Source of the DNA: a virus
Taxonomy: Duplodnaviria > Caudoviricetes
Strand: one strand, 5' to 3'
Virus record (IMG/VR): IMGVR_UViG_3300014502_000007
Coordinates: 1 to 57,746 of that record
DNA length: 57,746 nucleotides
The translations under genes were made by a program, and so were the position numbers. Below the pieces are notes generated by a model that worked only from the letters and a program-made list of their open reading frames with translations, was not told the DNA's origin and searched no databases. Shown in pieces: positions 8,910-16,969 of this stretch. The stretch's first letter is position 1. The number at the start of each line of letters is the position of its first letter.

Positions 8910-9159
8910 AGATCTTGTTGTAATTCAAGACGATGTCGTAGAATTGGTATTGTGTCTTGCGGTATTCATTGCGTTCAGTTCTGCTAAGCGTACTGTCGTT
9001 CACCTTCGAAAGTATACGTTTCCTATCAGCATCCCATTCAGCGGCGTGTTCACGCTTTGCTTCATTGAATTTGACTTGGTCAGTAACTTTCTTGGAGAAC
9101 ACAAATGCTGTAACGCTGACTACAACGACCACAACAAGTACAATCTTATTATGGTTCAT
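8908..9159 (-). CDS. 83-aa N-terminally anchored membrane protein (cassette gene)
   Basis: Shared leader; MNHNKIVLVVVVVVSVTAFVF. Confidence 0.8.
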   Translation of the reverse strand: MNHNKIVLVVVVVVSVTAFVFSKKVTDQVKFNEAKREHAAEWDADRKRILSKVNDSTLSRTERNEYRKTQYQFYDIVLNYNKI

Positions 9160-9183
9160 GGTCTTTCCTTTCATAGGGGTCTC

Positions 9184-9208
9184 ATTATATCCCATGATTT
9201 TCCTGCGA
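9184..9208 (-). promoter_or_regulatory. Phage promoter motif TCGC-N15-TATAAT
   Basis: TCGCAGGAAAATCATGGGATATAAT. Confidence 0.85.
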
Positions 9209-9232
9209 GAGGAATTTTTATAAGCCTTGTTC

Positions 9233-9377
9233 GAGAGAGGGTAAGAGCCTCGACGGGAGACCCCTACCCTCTCTCTATCTACACTTTAGCCAGGCAGTAG
9301 ACGCCTTATCTGTCAGCACATTCCTAACAGACTGCCAGGGGACGAACCCTCGTGCAGGTGCTTATGGTAGCTATTCA
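9233..9377 (-). ncRNA. Candidate structured RNA with a 3' long hairpin
   Basis: Non-coding; nested stems CTGCAC/GTGTAG, GGCAGT/ACTGCC, TCTGTTAG/CTGACAGA (G-U pairs favour the minus strand); 11-bp stem at 9233-9275. Confidence 0.5.
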
Positions 9378-9489
9378 ATTATAGGCGGGAGTTACCCGCG
9401 GTGGCATCGGACTCACCTCCCCCAAACATAGATCTTACTGCAGGATGAGTTCTTCAAATCTTCTCCAACTCATCCTGAGAATATGGTGG

Positions 9490-9693
9490 TTAAGCCCGAT
9501 TCTTCTTCCGAGACTTACCAGCGACTTTGTTTTTGGCTCGACGTTTGTTAACTTTGTTCTGGTTGGGTGTCTGTGCTTGGACGTTTGTGCTCATCCGTCC
9601 ACCCCCGTTATAGACAGTGTTAGGTTTTATCCTCATGCTTTTAGCGGCTTCTGGCGAAACCTTAACGTGTGGGTTGAAGTGCGGACGATCCAT
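9490..9693 (-). CDS. Small basic protein
   Basis: AAGGAG RBS; K/R-rich C-terminus. Confidence 0.7.
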   Translation of the reverse strand: MDRPHFNPHVKVSPEAAKSMRIKPNTVYNGGGRMSTNVQAQTPNQNKVNKRRAKNKVAGKSRKKNRA

Positions 9694-9828
9694 ATCACTC
9701 CTTTTTTCAGAAAGTCGTTTTGTCCCTTTTGTACCCCTCTTAATAACAGGACATAATAGGACATATCGGGCACTAAAGTTCTCTGTAAGCGATCCTAAGA
9801 ATGTGGTTTTGATTAAGCATGGATACCC

Positions 9829-10137
9829 CTACTTCGACTCAAGCCACTTACGAAAGCGCTGGAGCCATAACTCCCTATCCCCAGGAGTTATATTTCGACC
9901 ATAACTATAATTCCCATGGCATACAAGACACTTGGGATTAGGTGGTGAGGACTCACAAGCAGGACAGAATCCTTGGGCAAGCCAGAGCATACGGAATGGG
10001 TGACGCAGCCAAAGCTTTATGTCGGTCATTTCCTTAGTCGCTCCATTTGAGTTGTCGTTAAGTTCTTTGACTTTCCAGCAAGGATACCCAGTAGAACAAG
10101 CCTCATGGTCAGGACAGTCAGAACAGAAGGCGCTCAC
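9829..10137 (-). CDS. Cys-rich (Zn-binding-like) hypothetical protein
   Basis: CxxC pairs; GTGA overlap with the upstream gene. Confidence 0.7.
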   Translation of the reverse strand: MSAFCSDCPDHEACSTGYPCWKVKELNDNSNGATKEMTDIKLWLRHPFRMLWLAQGFCPACESSPPNPKCLVCHGNYSYGRNITPGDRELWLQRFRKWLESK

Positions 10138-10391
10138 GTCTTTGGTATAGATGGAATGATCTCGACACCAAGAGTTAGTGGCTTCTCCTTACAACCATAA
10201 CTACGTGAGTGTTCGCCAATGAGCAACAATCTGCCGTCTTTGTTACGCCCATAAATCTTGCATCCACAGGCATCCCCTGGGATAAGGCCAACCTCAGTCA
10301 AAGCGTTAGTTTCAAGATTTATAGCGTTAATGACAATCGGGTCGTCTTCCCTGAGTTGGATGACGCTTTCCCAAAGCTTATCAACAACCAT
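10134..10391 (-). CDS. Hypothetical protein flanked by a 35-bp direct repeat
   Basis: AGGAGG RBS; repeat at 10102-10136 and 10427-10461. Confidence 0.7.
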   Translation of the reverse strand: MVVDKLWESVIQLREDDPIVINAINLETNALTEVGLIPGDACGCKIYGRNKDGRLLLIGEHSRSYGCKEKPLTLGVEIIPSIPKT

Positions 10392-10458
10392 AACTATCTC
10401 ATCCTCCTTTTCTGAATGGTTTGAGTCTCATGGTCAGGACAGTCAGAACAGAAGGCGC

Positions 10459-10812
10459 TCATCCTTTTGGTAGACATCCCCAATCAAGAGCACATTTATT
10501 AAGCATGTCTCTTATACGGTCAAGCTCGATAATACGACTTTTGTGGTATTTGTTCTCAACCCGGATGTTTGCCTCATACAAAGCCATTGCTAGTTCAAGT
10601 TCTTCCTCATGCCGAGAAGTTTCGTCATGGATTAATGCGAATATCTCATCTTTGGCCTGAGCAAGCGATACTTGGGCGTTGCCACTAAACGTAATGTCGG
10701 AAAGACCGGCAATAACACGCATAGCGTCCCGCCATTCATGCGATCCAGCCTTTAGATCAGGTTTAGTCTGTCGAAGATAATGCTGAATCTCCAACATCTT
10801 CTGAACTGTCAT
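10459..10812 (-). CDS. Hypothetical helical protein
   Basis: Minus-strand ORF in the gene chain. Confidence 0.7.
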   Translation of the reverse strand: MTVQKMLEIQHYLRQTKPDLKAGSHEWRDAMRVIAGLSDITFSGNAQVSLAQAKDEIFALIHDETSRHEEELELAMALYEANIRVENKYHKSRIIELDRIRDMLNKCALDWGCLPKG

Positions 10813-10939
10813 TCAGCCACCCATATCCTAAAATTGCCAATATAGCATCTGAAGCCTTTTGTTGTGTAACAGCGCCCCTAATTGACAGCGATTCTACTAT
10901 TGGTTTCACTCTCCAAGCGAGTTCTTCATCAGTGGGCAT
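10763..10939 (-). CDS. 58-aa hypothetical protein (not in ORF track)
   Basis: GAAAGGGA RBS; MPTDEELAWRVKPIVES... Confidence 0.55.
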   Translation of the reverse strand: MPTDEELAWRVKPIVESLSIRGAVTQQKASDAILAILGYGWLNDSSEDVGDSALSSTD

Positions 10940-11075
10940 GATTCCCTTTCAAAGATAAGTCTCAGGGTGTTGTATCCGTTTCTTCCCCTGAGTTAGGATC
11001 GGCTGGGCAGGAGTGCACTCCTTACCTAACGTGACGCTGGCCTAACGTCACTCGGGAGCCGATCAACTCTATCGG

Positions 11076-11204
11076 TTACTTCTTTGTATACCGAGTTACA
11101 GGCTGAGGTTGCCCAGGATGTCTCGGATTCCAGTAGTATCGGTCCCAGACGTGACGAATAACGACTGCGACGATGGCGCCGATTAGCACCATAAGAAACC
11201 CCAT
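11076..11204 (-). CDS. 42-aa membrane peptide (not in ORF track)
   Basis: AGGAG RBS; MGFLMVLIGAIVAVVIRHVWDRYYWNP... Confidence 0.65.
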   Translation of the reverse strand: MGFLMVLIGAIVAVVIRHVWDRYYWNPRHPGQPQPVTRYTKK

Positions 11205-11230
11205 TATAATTCTCCTATCCACGCTATGAA

Positions 11231-11410
11231 CTAGTTCCGAATATGCCTGCCAGCCATGGTAAGCACTACCATGACAATGACACAGAACAAACCTACCTCA
11301 GCGAATGTACTGCCAGGGGACGAAGAGCTTGACGCGGCAAGTCCTGTGCCTATTCCAGCCAGGATCCACCCACAGGCGAGGGCCTCTCGTACTTGCTTTC
11401 GTGTTCTCAT
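11231..11410 (-). CDS. Small two-TM protein
   Basis: TGATG overlap with the 131-aa gene; two hydrophobic helices. Confidence 0.65.
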   Translation of the reverse strand: MRTRKQVREALACGWILAGIGTGLAASSSSSPGSTFAEVGLFCVIVMVVLTMAGRHIRN

Positions 11411-11805
11411 CACGTACACCACGCATATCCTGGTCCGAAGGAGAATGCTCTAACCCACAGGTAGTGAGAGCAGTCACCATGTCCGTTCAGGTAGACCTCA
11501 CCTATCGCAAAAGTTACTGCTACCAACGGACATGGCACTCCAACGTAGCAGAGGAACGCACCAATCGCAGCAGCACTACCAGCATGTAACGCCTGTTGGT
11601 CAGTTCTGTTGAAGTCGGTACAGAAGGCTGGGTTCCACCATGATGATGTACAGTTACGCACGCCAATTGTTGGTAACGCAACACTCTGACTTACTGTCTG
11701 AACCTGTGCAGTTGTGCGTCCAACAGCAAATGCCGGAGAGGCAGAGATTGCCGTGAACATAAGTGTCGACACAATCACACCTATTGTGAGGCGTCTAATA
11801 TTCAT
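11410..11805 (-). CDS. Secreted Cys-containing protein
   Basis: Signal-peptide-like N-terminus ending ASPAFA; six Cys; central hydrophobic stretch. Confidence 0.75.
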   Translation of the reverse strand: MNIRRLTIGVIVSTLMFTAISASPAFAVGRTTAQVQTVSQSVALPTIGVRNCTSSWWNPAFCTDFNRTDQQALHAGSAAAIGAFLCYVGVPCPLVAVTFAIGEVYLNGHGDCSHYLWVRAFSFGPGYAWCT

Positions 11806-12194
11806 TCGGTATCTTTCACAAAGGTTGGTTTAAACCGGAGAGTAAATGATAGTGGGAGAAGGATGTTATACCTAGCGCATAACACTTAGTCCTCCTCCCA
11901 CTACCTTCATTCGCTGCCGTATGCTCCATGCAACAGGCAATTGAGTAATGACTTGGAGTAGTCAATCCTCTCTGCTCCCTCGCGGGATAATAGTCCACGA
12001 ACAGGTGTTTTTACAACTTACGCTTATCAGCCGTCGCCGATACACGCCTTCGGTGTTATTCCTTCACCGCTCACGCCACTACAGAACAAGTGCACCAGGG
12101 TATTAGCGTCTCATGGGACAATCCCTGTTGTGCTACCGTCTTTTTACTCATTCTGTAGTGGCCGCTCTGAGCCTAAGAGGCTGTTTATACTCAC

Positions 12195-12404
12195 TCAGAC
12201 GAGTTCCTTCGAACGAAACAGAGCATTGAGCTCATCGATAGCCGAATTCAGCTCAGCACCAACTCGCTCTTGATAGGTTATCTCAGCTTTTACACCAACG
12301 ATAACTAAACCAACAACGACAGTTCCAACACCGACCAGAATAATTGCATCTTCGTGGCGTCGAGCCCACAACTTGAAGCGTTCGTACTTAGACTCTGGTA
12401 TCAT
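12195..12404 (-). CDS. Small membrane protein
   Basis: GGGAG RBS; one TM segment. Confidence 0.75.
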   Translation of the reverse strand: MIPESKYERFKLWARRHEDAIILVGVGTVVVGLVIVGVKAEITYQERVGAELNSAIDELNALFRSKELV

Positions 12405-12405
12405 T

Positions 12406-12690
12406 TCAGCTCCCAGTCAGACGCTGAGACCGGACGACCTCAACGAGATTGTCATGATTAGCCTGAGCATCTTCTGACATACGAACCACAGTCGTTTTCA
12501 GAAACTTGATCGTATTAGCGATGTTGTTGAAAGACATCCGTAATTCAGGATCCAGTCGGGAACTAGCTGTGAAACGTGTGAGATAGTCAATGGCGTAGTT
12601 TGCATCGCGTATAAGTTCGGCGTTAGGACGAGGCTTAGGCGGAATGACAATCTCGGGCGTTGGGACAATCTGTGAATTCTGTTCAGTCAT
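12406..12690 (-). CDS. Hypothetical protein
   Basis: AGGAG RBS. Confidence 0.75.
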   Translation of the reverse strand: MTEQNSQIVPTPEIVIPPKPRPNAELIRDANYAIDYLTRFTASSRLDPELRMSFNNIANTIKFLKTTVVRMSEDAQANHDNLVEVVRSQRLTGS

Positions 12691-12744
12691 TTGAAGCTCC
12701 TATATAAAAGGACTAAAAATTTAAGACCATATAATGGTCTCTTC

Positions 12745-12769
12745 ATTATAAGCGGTGTTTTTCTTGCGA
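12745..12769 (-). promoter_or_regulatory. Phage promoter motif followed directly by a mini-hairpin and T-tract
   Basis: TCGCAAGAAAAACACCGCTTATAAT then GAAGAGACCAT-TAT-ATGGTCTTAAATTTTT. Confidence 0.8.
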
Positions 12770-12852
12770 ATACTAGCGTGGCTGATAGTAGTTAGAGTGT
12801 TCGACTATCACTTACCCTCATGCTCAGAGCATTAGTCATGAGACCACAATTA

Positions 12853-13233
12853 CTAGATTGGTTCGCTTTCAACGCAATCTAGATTTATACACTTCTCTGA
12901 AGCACTTAAAACAGACCCGCATTTCCAACATTGTCCATTTGCTGGGTCGGTATCCTTTGTGTATTCCGTTTGATTCTTAACAAAGTTCTGAATCTCAGGG
13001 TCAATCGTTGTTTCTTTTCCGATAAACGAGTAAGTTGGTTCAACTTGAACGGTTTGAGGTTTCCAAGGATCCTTACCGTCGATAATCCAACCTGCAACTG
13101 CAATCAAATCAACCGTGCTAACAGATCTGACATGGCTAGAAAATGGCCCACCACTATGTTCAGCCAACACCTCACGAGATGCTTTGAGGGCCTCTATTCG
13201 GGCATTCTGTTCCTCATTGAGTGATTCGATCAT
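12853..13233 (-). CDS. Hypothetical protein with C-terminal Zn-ribbon-like motif
   Basis: GGAGG RBS; CWKCG...CINLDC. Confidence 0.75.
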   Translation of the reverse strand: MIESLNEEQNARIEALKASREVLAEHSGGPFSSHVRSVSTVDLIAVAGWIIDGKDPWKPQTVQVEPTYSFIGKETTIDPEIQNFVKNQTEYTKDTDPANGQCWKCGSVLSASEKCINLDCVESEPI

Positions 13234-13361
13234 CAGTCCTCCAACTTAGCATTCCGGTAGTACTCTTTCTCTGCTTCAGTCAGGGTCTCCCAGAACGCAA
13301 TTGCCTCTTTTGCTGACACCGGCTTCTCTGGAGTGGACAAGAACCTCTTGATATCGCTCAT
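13233..13361 (-). CDS. 42-aa hypothetical protein (not in ORF track)
   Basis: MSDIKRFLSTPEKPVSAKEAIAFWETLTEAEKEYYRNAKLED; TGATG overlap with the next gene. Confidence 0.6.
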   Translation of the reverse strand: MSDIKRFLSTPEKPVSAKEAIAFWETLTEAEKEYYRNAKLED

Positions 13362-13375
13362 GCTTTTGGCATTCG

Positions 13376-13891
13376 TTACTCCTTGGGTTGGGTCTTATCT
13401 TCCTGAGTAGCCTTGTCATTAGCAATGCCGTTAACAGCAGGCTGTTCGAAGATCTCCTTGAGTAATGCCGTGCCAGCATCCTCATCCGTTGTTAGAAGTT
13501 CCTCAATGTCCGACCCAGGATCACCGGCAGCCAACTCCTCAGCCTTGATAGCCTCCTCGAAGACATTGTGCACAAGACCTTTAGGCTCTTCTACGTCCAC
13601 CGGGTCAAAGTTGCTTGTGAATGCCTTGTTCGTGTACACTTTGAAACTAGTACCCGCATACAGGATATGGTCTCCGACATAGGCCTTTGTCTGTCGCTCG
13701 TTGAGTGGCCTGTGAACACGAACTTTTATAAACCTGTCGATCGTCGTTCGACCTTTGGCGCTATTTGTATGCTCCTCAGTGCGTACCTCCCCTTTACACC
13801 ACTCCGCTACTTCTTCCATATTTGCGTCTGTTACCCGGACACCCTCAATATGGAAGACCTTACGGACAAACTTCTCAGTCTTAAGGATCAT
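13376..13891 (-). CDS. Hypothetical phage protein
   Basis: KFVRK..IEGVRVT..N..EVAEWC and AYVGDHI motifs; acidic tail. Confidence 0.8.
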   Translation of the reverse strand: MILKTEKFVRKVFHIEGVRVTDANMEEVAEWCKGEVRTEEHTNSAKGRTTIDRFIKVRVHRPLNERQTKAYVGDHILYAGTSFKVYTNKAFTSNFDPVDVEEPKGLVHNVFEEAIKAEELAAGDPGSDIEELLTTDEDAGTALLKEIFEQPAVNGIANDKATQEDKTQPKE

Positions 13892-13915
13892 AACGCCTCT
13901 TTCTTAGTTAGTGTG

Positions 13916-14257
13916 TCAGTGCTGTGACTGGGAAAGTACGTTTTTCTTGATTGCAGCTTTAATCTTTTCCCTGTTTCTCCACAAGACGTATGTGGTTCCA
14001 ACAACCCCGACGATAATGATAGACCGTTTGAGGTTGCCTTTGTTCGTTTTGTTGACTATGTCGGTAGCCATGTCGTGAAGTAGTGCTAGGGTGTACTCAA
14101 GGCCATCCGCAACGCCCATGTAGTATGAACATTCCTCAGGCACAGTTGACATGTCAGCATCACCCAAAGCAGTAACATACCACTCAGTGATAGTGGCAAC
14201 CTTTTTTGGTGTTAGTGTTGGTACGCCAGGAAACTCTGCTGGAGTTGTGGTAGCCAT
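13916..14257 (-). CDS. Hypothetical membrane protein
   Basis: AAGGA RBS; C-terminal TM segment. Confidence 0.75.
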   Translation of the reverse strand: MATTTPAEFPGVPTLTPKKVATITEWYVTALGDADMSTVPEECSYYMGVADGLEYTLALLHDMATDIVNKTNKGNLKRSIIIVGVVGTTYVLWRNREKIKAAIKKNVLSQSQH

Positions 14258-14319
14258 AATTATTCCTTCTTAGATTGGTATTACAAGGGGTGGGTGGTCG
14301 GGAACAGATCTCAATCGTC

Positions 14320-14775
14320 TCATTTGAACTTCAGAATTGGTTCTCCACCACAGGTAGGACAGTCTCTGAAACAATCTCGGCCATGCTCATGCGGTTTACT
14401 CCAACAGGCACGACCATGCGGACGTTCATCTTTCACATCTATCACTGGTTCATACGTCGCCCTGAAGAAGTCGGGTTTACATTTGGTGAATGTACCATCC
14501 GGATTCTGGACTATCCAGTCACCATAAGTAGCCCTAACGTCGCCTCCAGAGGTGTGGATAACCAGTTCGCCTGTGGCAGGGTCAAGGAATATGCCATCGC
14601 CTCCGGCTTTACCACCGCCTTCAGGTACGAGAGTTGATGGGTCAAGCAAAGCGTTTCCAAGTAGCCATGGGTATCCACAGTCTCTAACCCATTCACATAC
14701 TGCCATGGTGTCCCCGGCAGTGCCGTATAACTGACGAGCCTCTACCTCAACAGGCTTCTTCTTGAATCTACCCAT
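14320..14775 (-). CDS. Conserved phage protein (RFKKKPVEVEA / GDWIV family)
   Basis: AAGGA RBS before MGRF; KKPVEVEARQ, GDWIV and CKPDFFRATYE motifs. Confidence 0.8.
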   Translation of the reverse strand: MGRFKKKPVEVEARQLYGTAGDTMAVCEWVRDCGYPWLLGNALLDPSTLVPEGGGKAGGDGIFLDPATGELVIHTSGGDVRATYGDWIVQNPDGTFTKCKPDFFRATYEPVIDVKDERPHGRACWSKPHEHGRDCFRDCPTCGGEPILKFK

Positions 14776-14895
14776 CAGTTTCCTTCCTTGATTTTTGCTC
14801 TGATTTCCGACCATTTCTCATGATGCATTATTTTGGTTGACGTAACGAAAAGTATCATTCCTACGAAATTTCGGAATGAGTCGAACCTCACATAT

Positions 14896-15084
14896 TTATA
14901 GGCCATCTGATTCCTTTACTTTTTGCCACCCAGCTTTTTCCAAGGCATCAAGACGGATTTGGGCATTATCGAGTTGGTAGCAGTTACACTTTGTATGGTC
15001 TTTGTGCACAACACACCTCTCGTCATGCGCCTTCATAGGCTCGACTAAGAGCAGTGTCAGAAGACCATCATCGTGAGCACTCAC
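14896..15084 (-). CDS. Hypothetical protein (likely GTG start at 15084)
   Basis: GAGGA RBS; Cys/His cluster. Confidence 0.55.
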   Translation of the reverse strand: MSAHDDGLLTLLLVEPMKAHDERCVVHKDHTKCNCYQLDNAQIRLDALEKAGWQKVKESDGL

Positions 15085-15376
15085 TATCCTCCTCAAAACT
15101 TCCTTCCTTAATGGATACGTTACCATGAGAATATTGGGGAAGGCCTTTACCTTTGGTTACTTTGAACCACCCAACTCCTTCTCTGTTATCAAGGTAAGTA
15201 ACGCCACCGCCAGAATTTACTCCATCGAGGTCCACATAAACGACTGGGATCCGTATTCCAATTATGGCTCGTGCCCAATACTCCGGAAACTCTGGGGTAT
15301 CGGCAACAACAGCAGTACCACGTGATGCTGTGGTGAGTAGACCATTCCAGTAAGTAAGTTCTCGTGAGACCATCAA
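15068..15376 (-). CDS. Hypothetical protein
   Basis: AAGGAGG RBS. Confidence 0.75.
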   Translation of the reverse strand: MMVSRELTYWNGLLTTASRGTAVVADTPEFPEYWARAIIGIRIPVVYVDLDGVNSGGGVTYLDNREGVGWFKVTKGKGLPQYSHGNVSIKEGSFEEDSECSR

Positions 15377-15457
15377 TCCTCCTTAGACTTCGGTGAAGCA
15401 CCTATGCCATACCCCACCATGACACCGATGAGCATAATTCCTGCCCCTACGAGCATC

Positions 15458-16285
15458 TCAACCATTAACAACACCATAGTCATCAGTAACTAATGGTTTG
15501 GGAATGTAGTTCGCCTTAACCCAGGCGACCATCTCATCGGCAATTATTTTAGCACGATCAGATTCAAATATGCCAGCGCCAGAAAGATTATCCCAACATG
15601 CACTACCAGCGCCAACGCCTTGGAATATAACCTCAGATAACGTTTCTGGTTGATTATGTCCTGTAAACAGCCAATGCTCAGTCACAACGTCGACATGACC
15701 GCCTAAACGAATAGGCTTCTCCACAAACAGACGCACCATGTCTGGGTTGTACCGATTTAGTGCATCAAACCAAGACCAACCGGCCTGTGCTGGGAGCATA
15801 TCATTGCCAACATACTCCACAGTAAGGCGGATAGCTTCGGCAAGGTCTTCTGCTGCAGTATAAACAGAGTTCATCTGATATTCAGGATTCGATGGGATGT
15901 TTGGATAGATACCCTCTATTTTCTCTAAGACACAACACATATTCTGCGCCGCAGCGATAATGTCAATGTCCTCAAGATTTGCCACATATGGATCGGTATC
16001 ATCATGTATTCCGGCGGCCCGGTTAACTCCTACAAGGAATGCATTATAAACATCCTTATAAGTCACTACCGGCTTTCTTTTGTTCAAAATAGTAGCTCCG
16101 CGCTCACCAATAAAGGTCTGCGGTTGACCTTCATTAGACGGTGTCGATGCACCAGTACGCTCTAACAGAGCACCAGCGAGATCCTTTATCGAGGCAATCA
16201 ACGCCTCTTTGGGGAAACTGTCAAGCGTATCTGCTGCTGCCAAAGCCTCCCACTGAAGACGTAGTTCTTCTAGTTCAGTACCCAT
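15458..16285 (-). CDS. Hypothetical multi-segment protein
   Basis: 275-aa ORF with GAAGGA RBS. Confidence 0.8.
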   Translation of the reverse strand: MGTELEELRLQWEALAAADTLDSFPKEALIASIKDLAGALLERTGASTPSNEGQPQTFIGERGATILNKRKPVVTYKDVYNAFLVGVNRAAGIHDDTDPYVANLEDIDIIAAAQNMCCVLEKIEGIYPNIPSNPEYQMNSVYTAAEDLAEAIRLTVEYVGNDMLPAQAGWSWFDALNRYNPDMVRLFVEKPIRLGGHVDVVTEHWLFTGHNQPETLSEVIFQGVGAGSACWDNLSGAGIFESDRAKIIADEMVAWVKANYIPKPLVTDDYGVVNG

Positions 16286-16466
16286 TGGTTATCCTTCCAA
16301 CTAGTCGCCAGCCTCTGTGGTTATGCTCTCGTACAAGTTGGTCGTAGATAGGCGTCTCACCAACTAGTTTTCGGCGAAGTGCACTATTCGCTAACAGATA
16401 TAGAATCACTAATGACTGAGTTATAACTCCCAGTAAGAATATGATCGTTATTATATTTAGGGTCAT
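16275..16466 (-). CDS. Small membrane protein
   Basis: TGATG overlap with SSB; N-terminal TM segment. Confidence 0.7.
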   Translation of the reverse strand: MTLNIITIIFLLGVITQSLVILYLLANSALRRKLVGETPIYDQLVREHNHRGWRLVGRITNGY

Positions 16467-16969
16467 CAGTCTCTCATCTTCCGTTCTTCGTCAAGCCTGG
16501 CGTATTTCTCAGCAAGGTAGTCTTCCTCGATGTCGACATATAGTGACTGCAGATATAGTGGATGGTGAACAACCCCATTGATCTTCGTCTCCCAAGGACG
16601 GATAATCATGTCCGCATTGACAATGTCCGCTGAGTCGAGAATATCCACCTCACCTTCACCTAGATGAGTACGATTACGAGAGGTGCTCATGAAAATCTGT
16701 GGAGGCTTGAACCCGTCAAAGTTGACTTTGACTTTGATAAATGGAACGCCATGGATTACCTCACCCTCATCATCTTCACGATCCCTGGTGTGCTTGACAC
16801 CCAAACCGTCTTTGAACATCTGCTCAGCAAGATCGTCGGGTAGAAGTACGGCGAAGTCTCGAACACCACCATCTTTATTGTAGGGGGTTGGCCTACCGGC
16901 AAAGTTACGGTAGTTGCCTGGCAGTATCTGAACACCCTCAAGGATTATATTTCCGTCGTCGCGTGCCAT
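16466..16969 (-). CDS. Putative single-stranded DNA-binding protein
   Basis: YRNFAG, RDFAVLL, ADMIIRPW, YLQSLYV; acidic C-terminus; downstream of the replicase. Confidence 0.65.
   Translation of the reverse strand: MARDDGNIILEGVQILPGNYRNFAGRPTPYNKDGGVRDFAVLLPDDLAEQMFKDGLGVKHTRDREDDEGEVIHGVPFIKVKVNFDGFKPPQIFMSTSRNRTHLGEGEVDILDSADIVNADMIIRPWETKINGVVHHPLYLQSLYVDIEEDYLAEKYARLDEERKMRD

Noticed and set aside
11203-11227. Additional promoter copy (TATAATG at 11202-11208)
   Set aside because: Lacks CGC at the fixed distance; the sequence is simply RBS spacer plus ATG
9233-12190. tRNA, tmRNA or hammerhead in the structured gaps
   Set aside because: No cloverleaf with a T-loop GTTCRA and acceptor stem, and no CTGANGA/GAAA core found by eye; left as unnamed candidates
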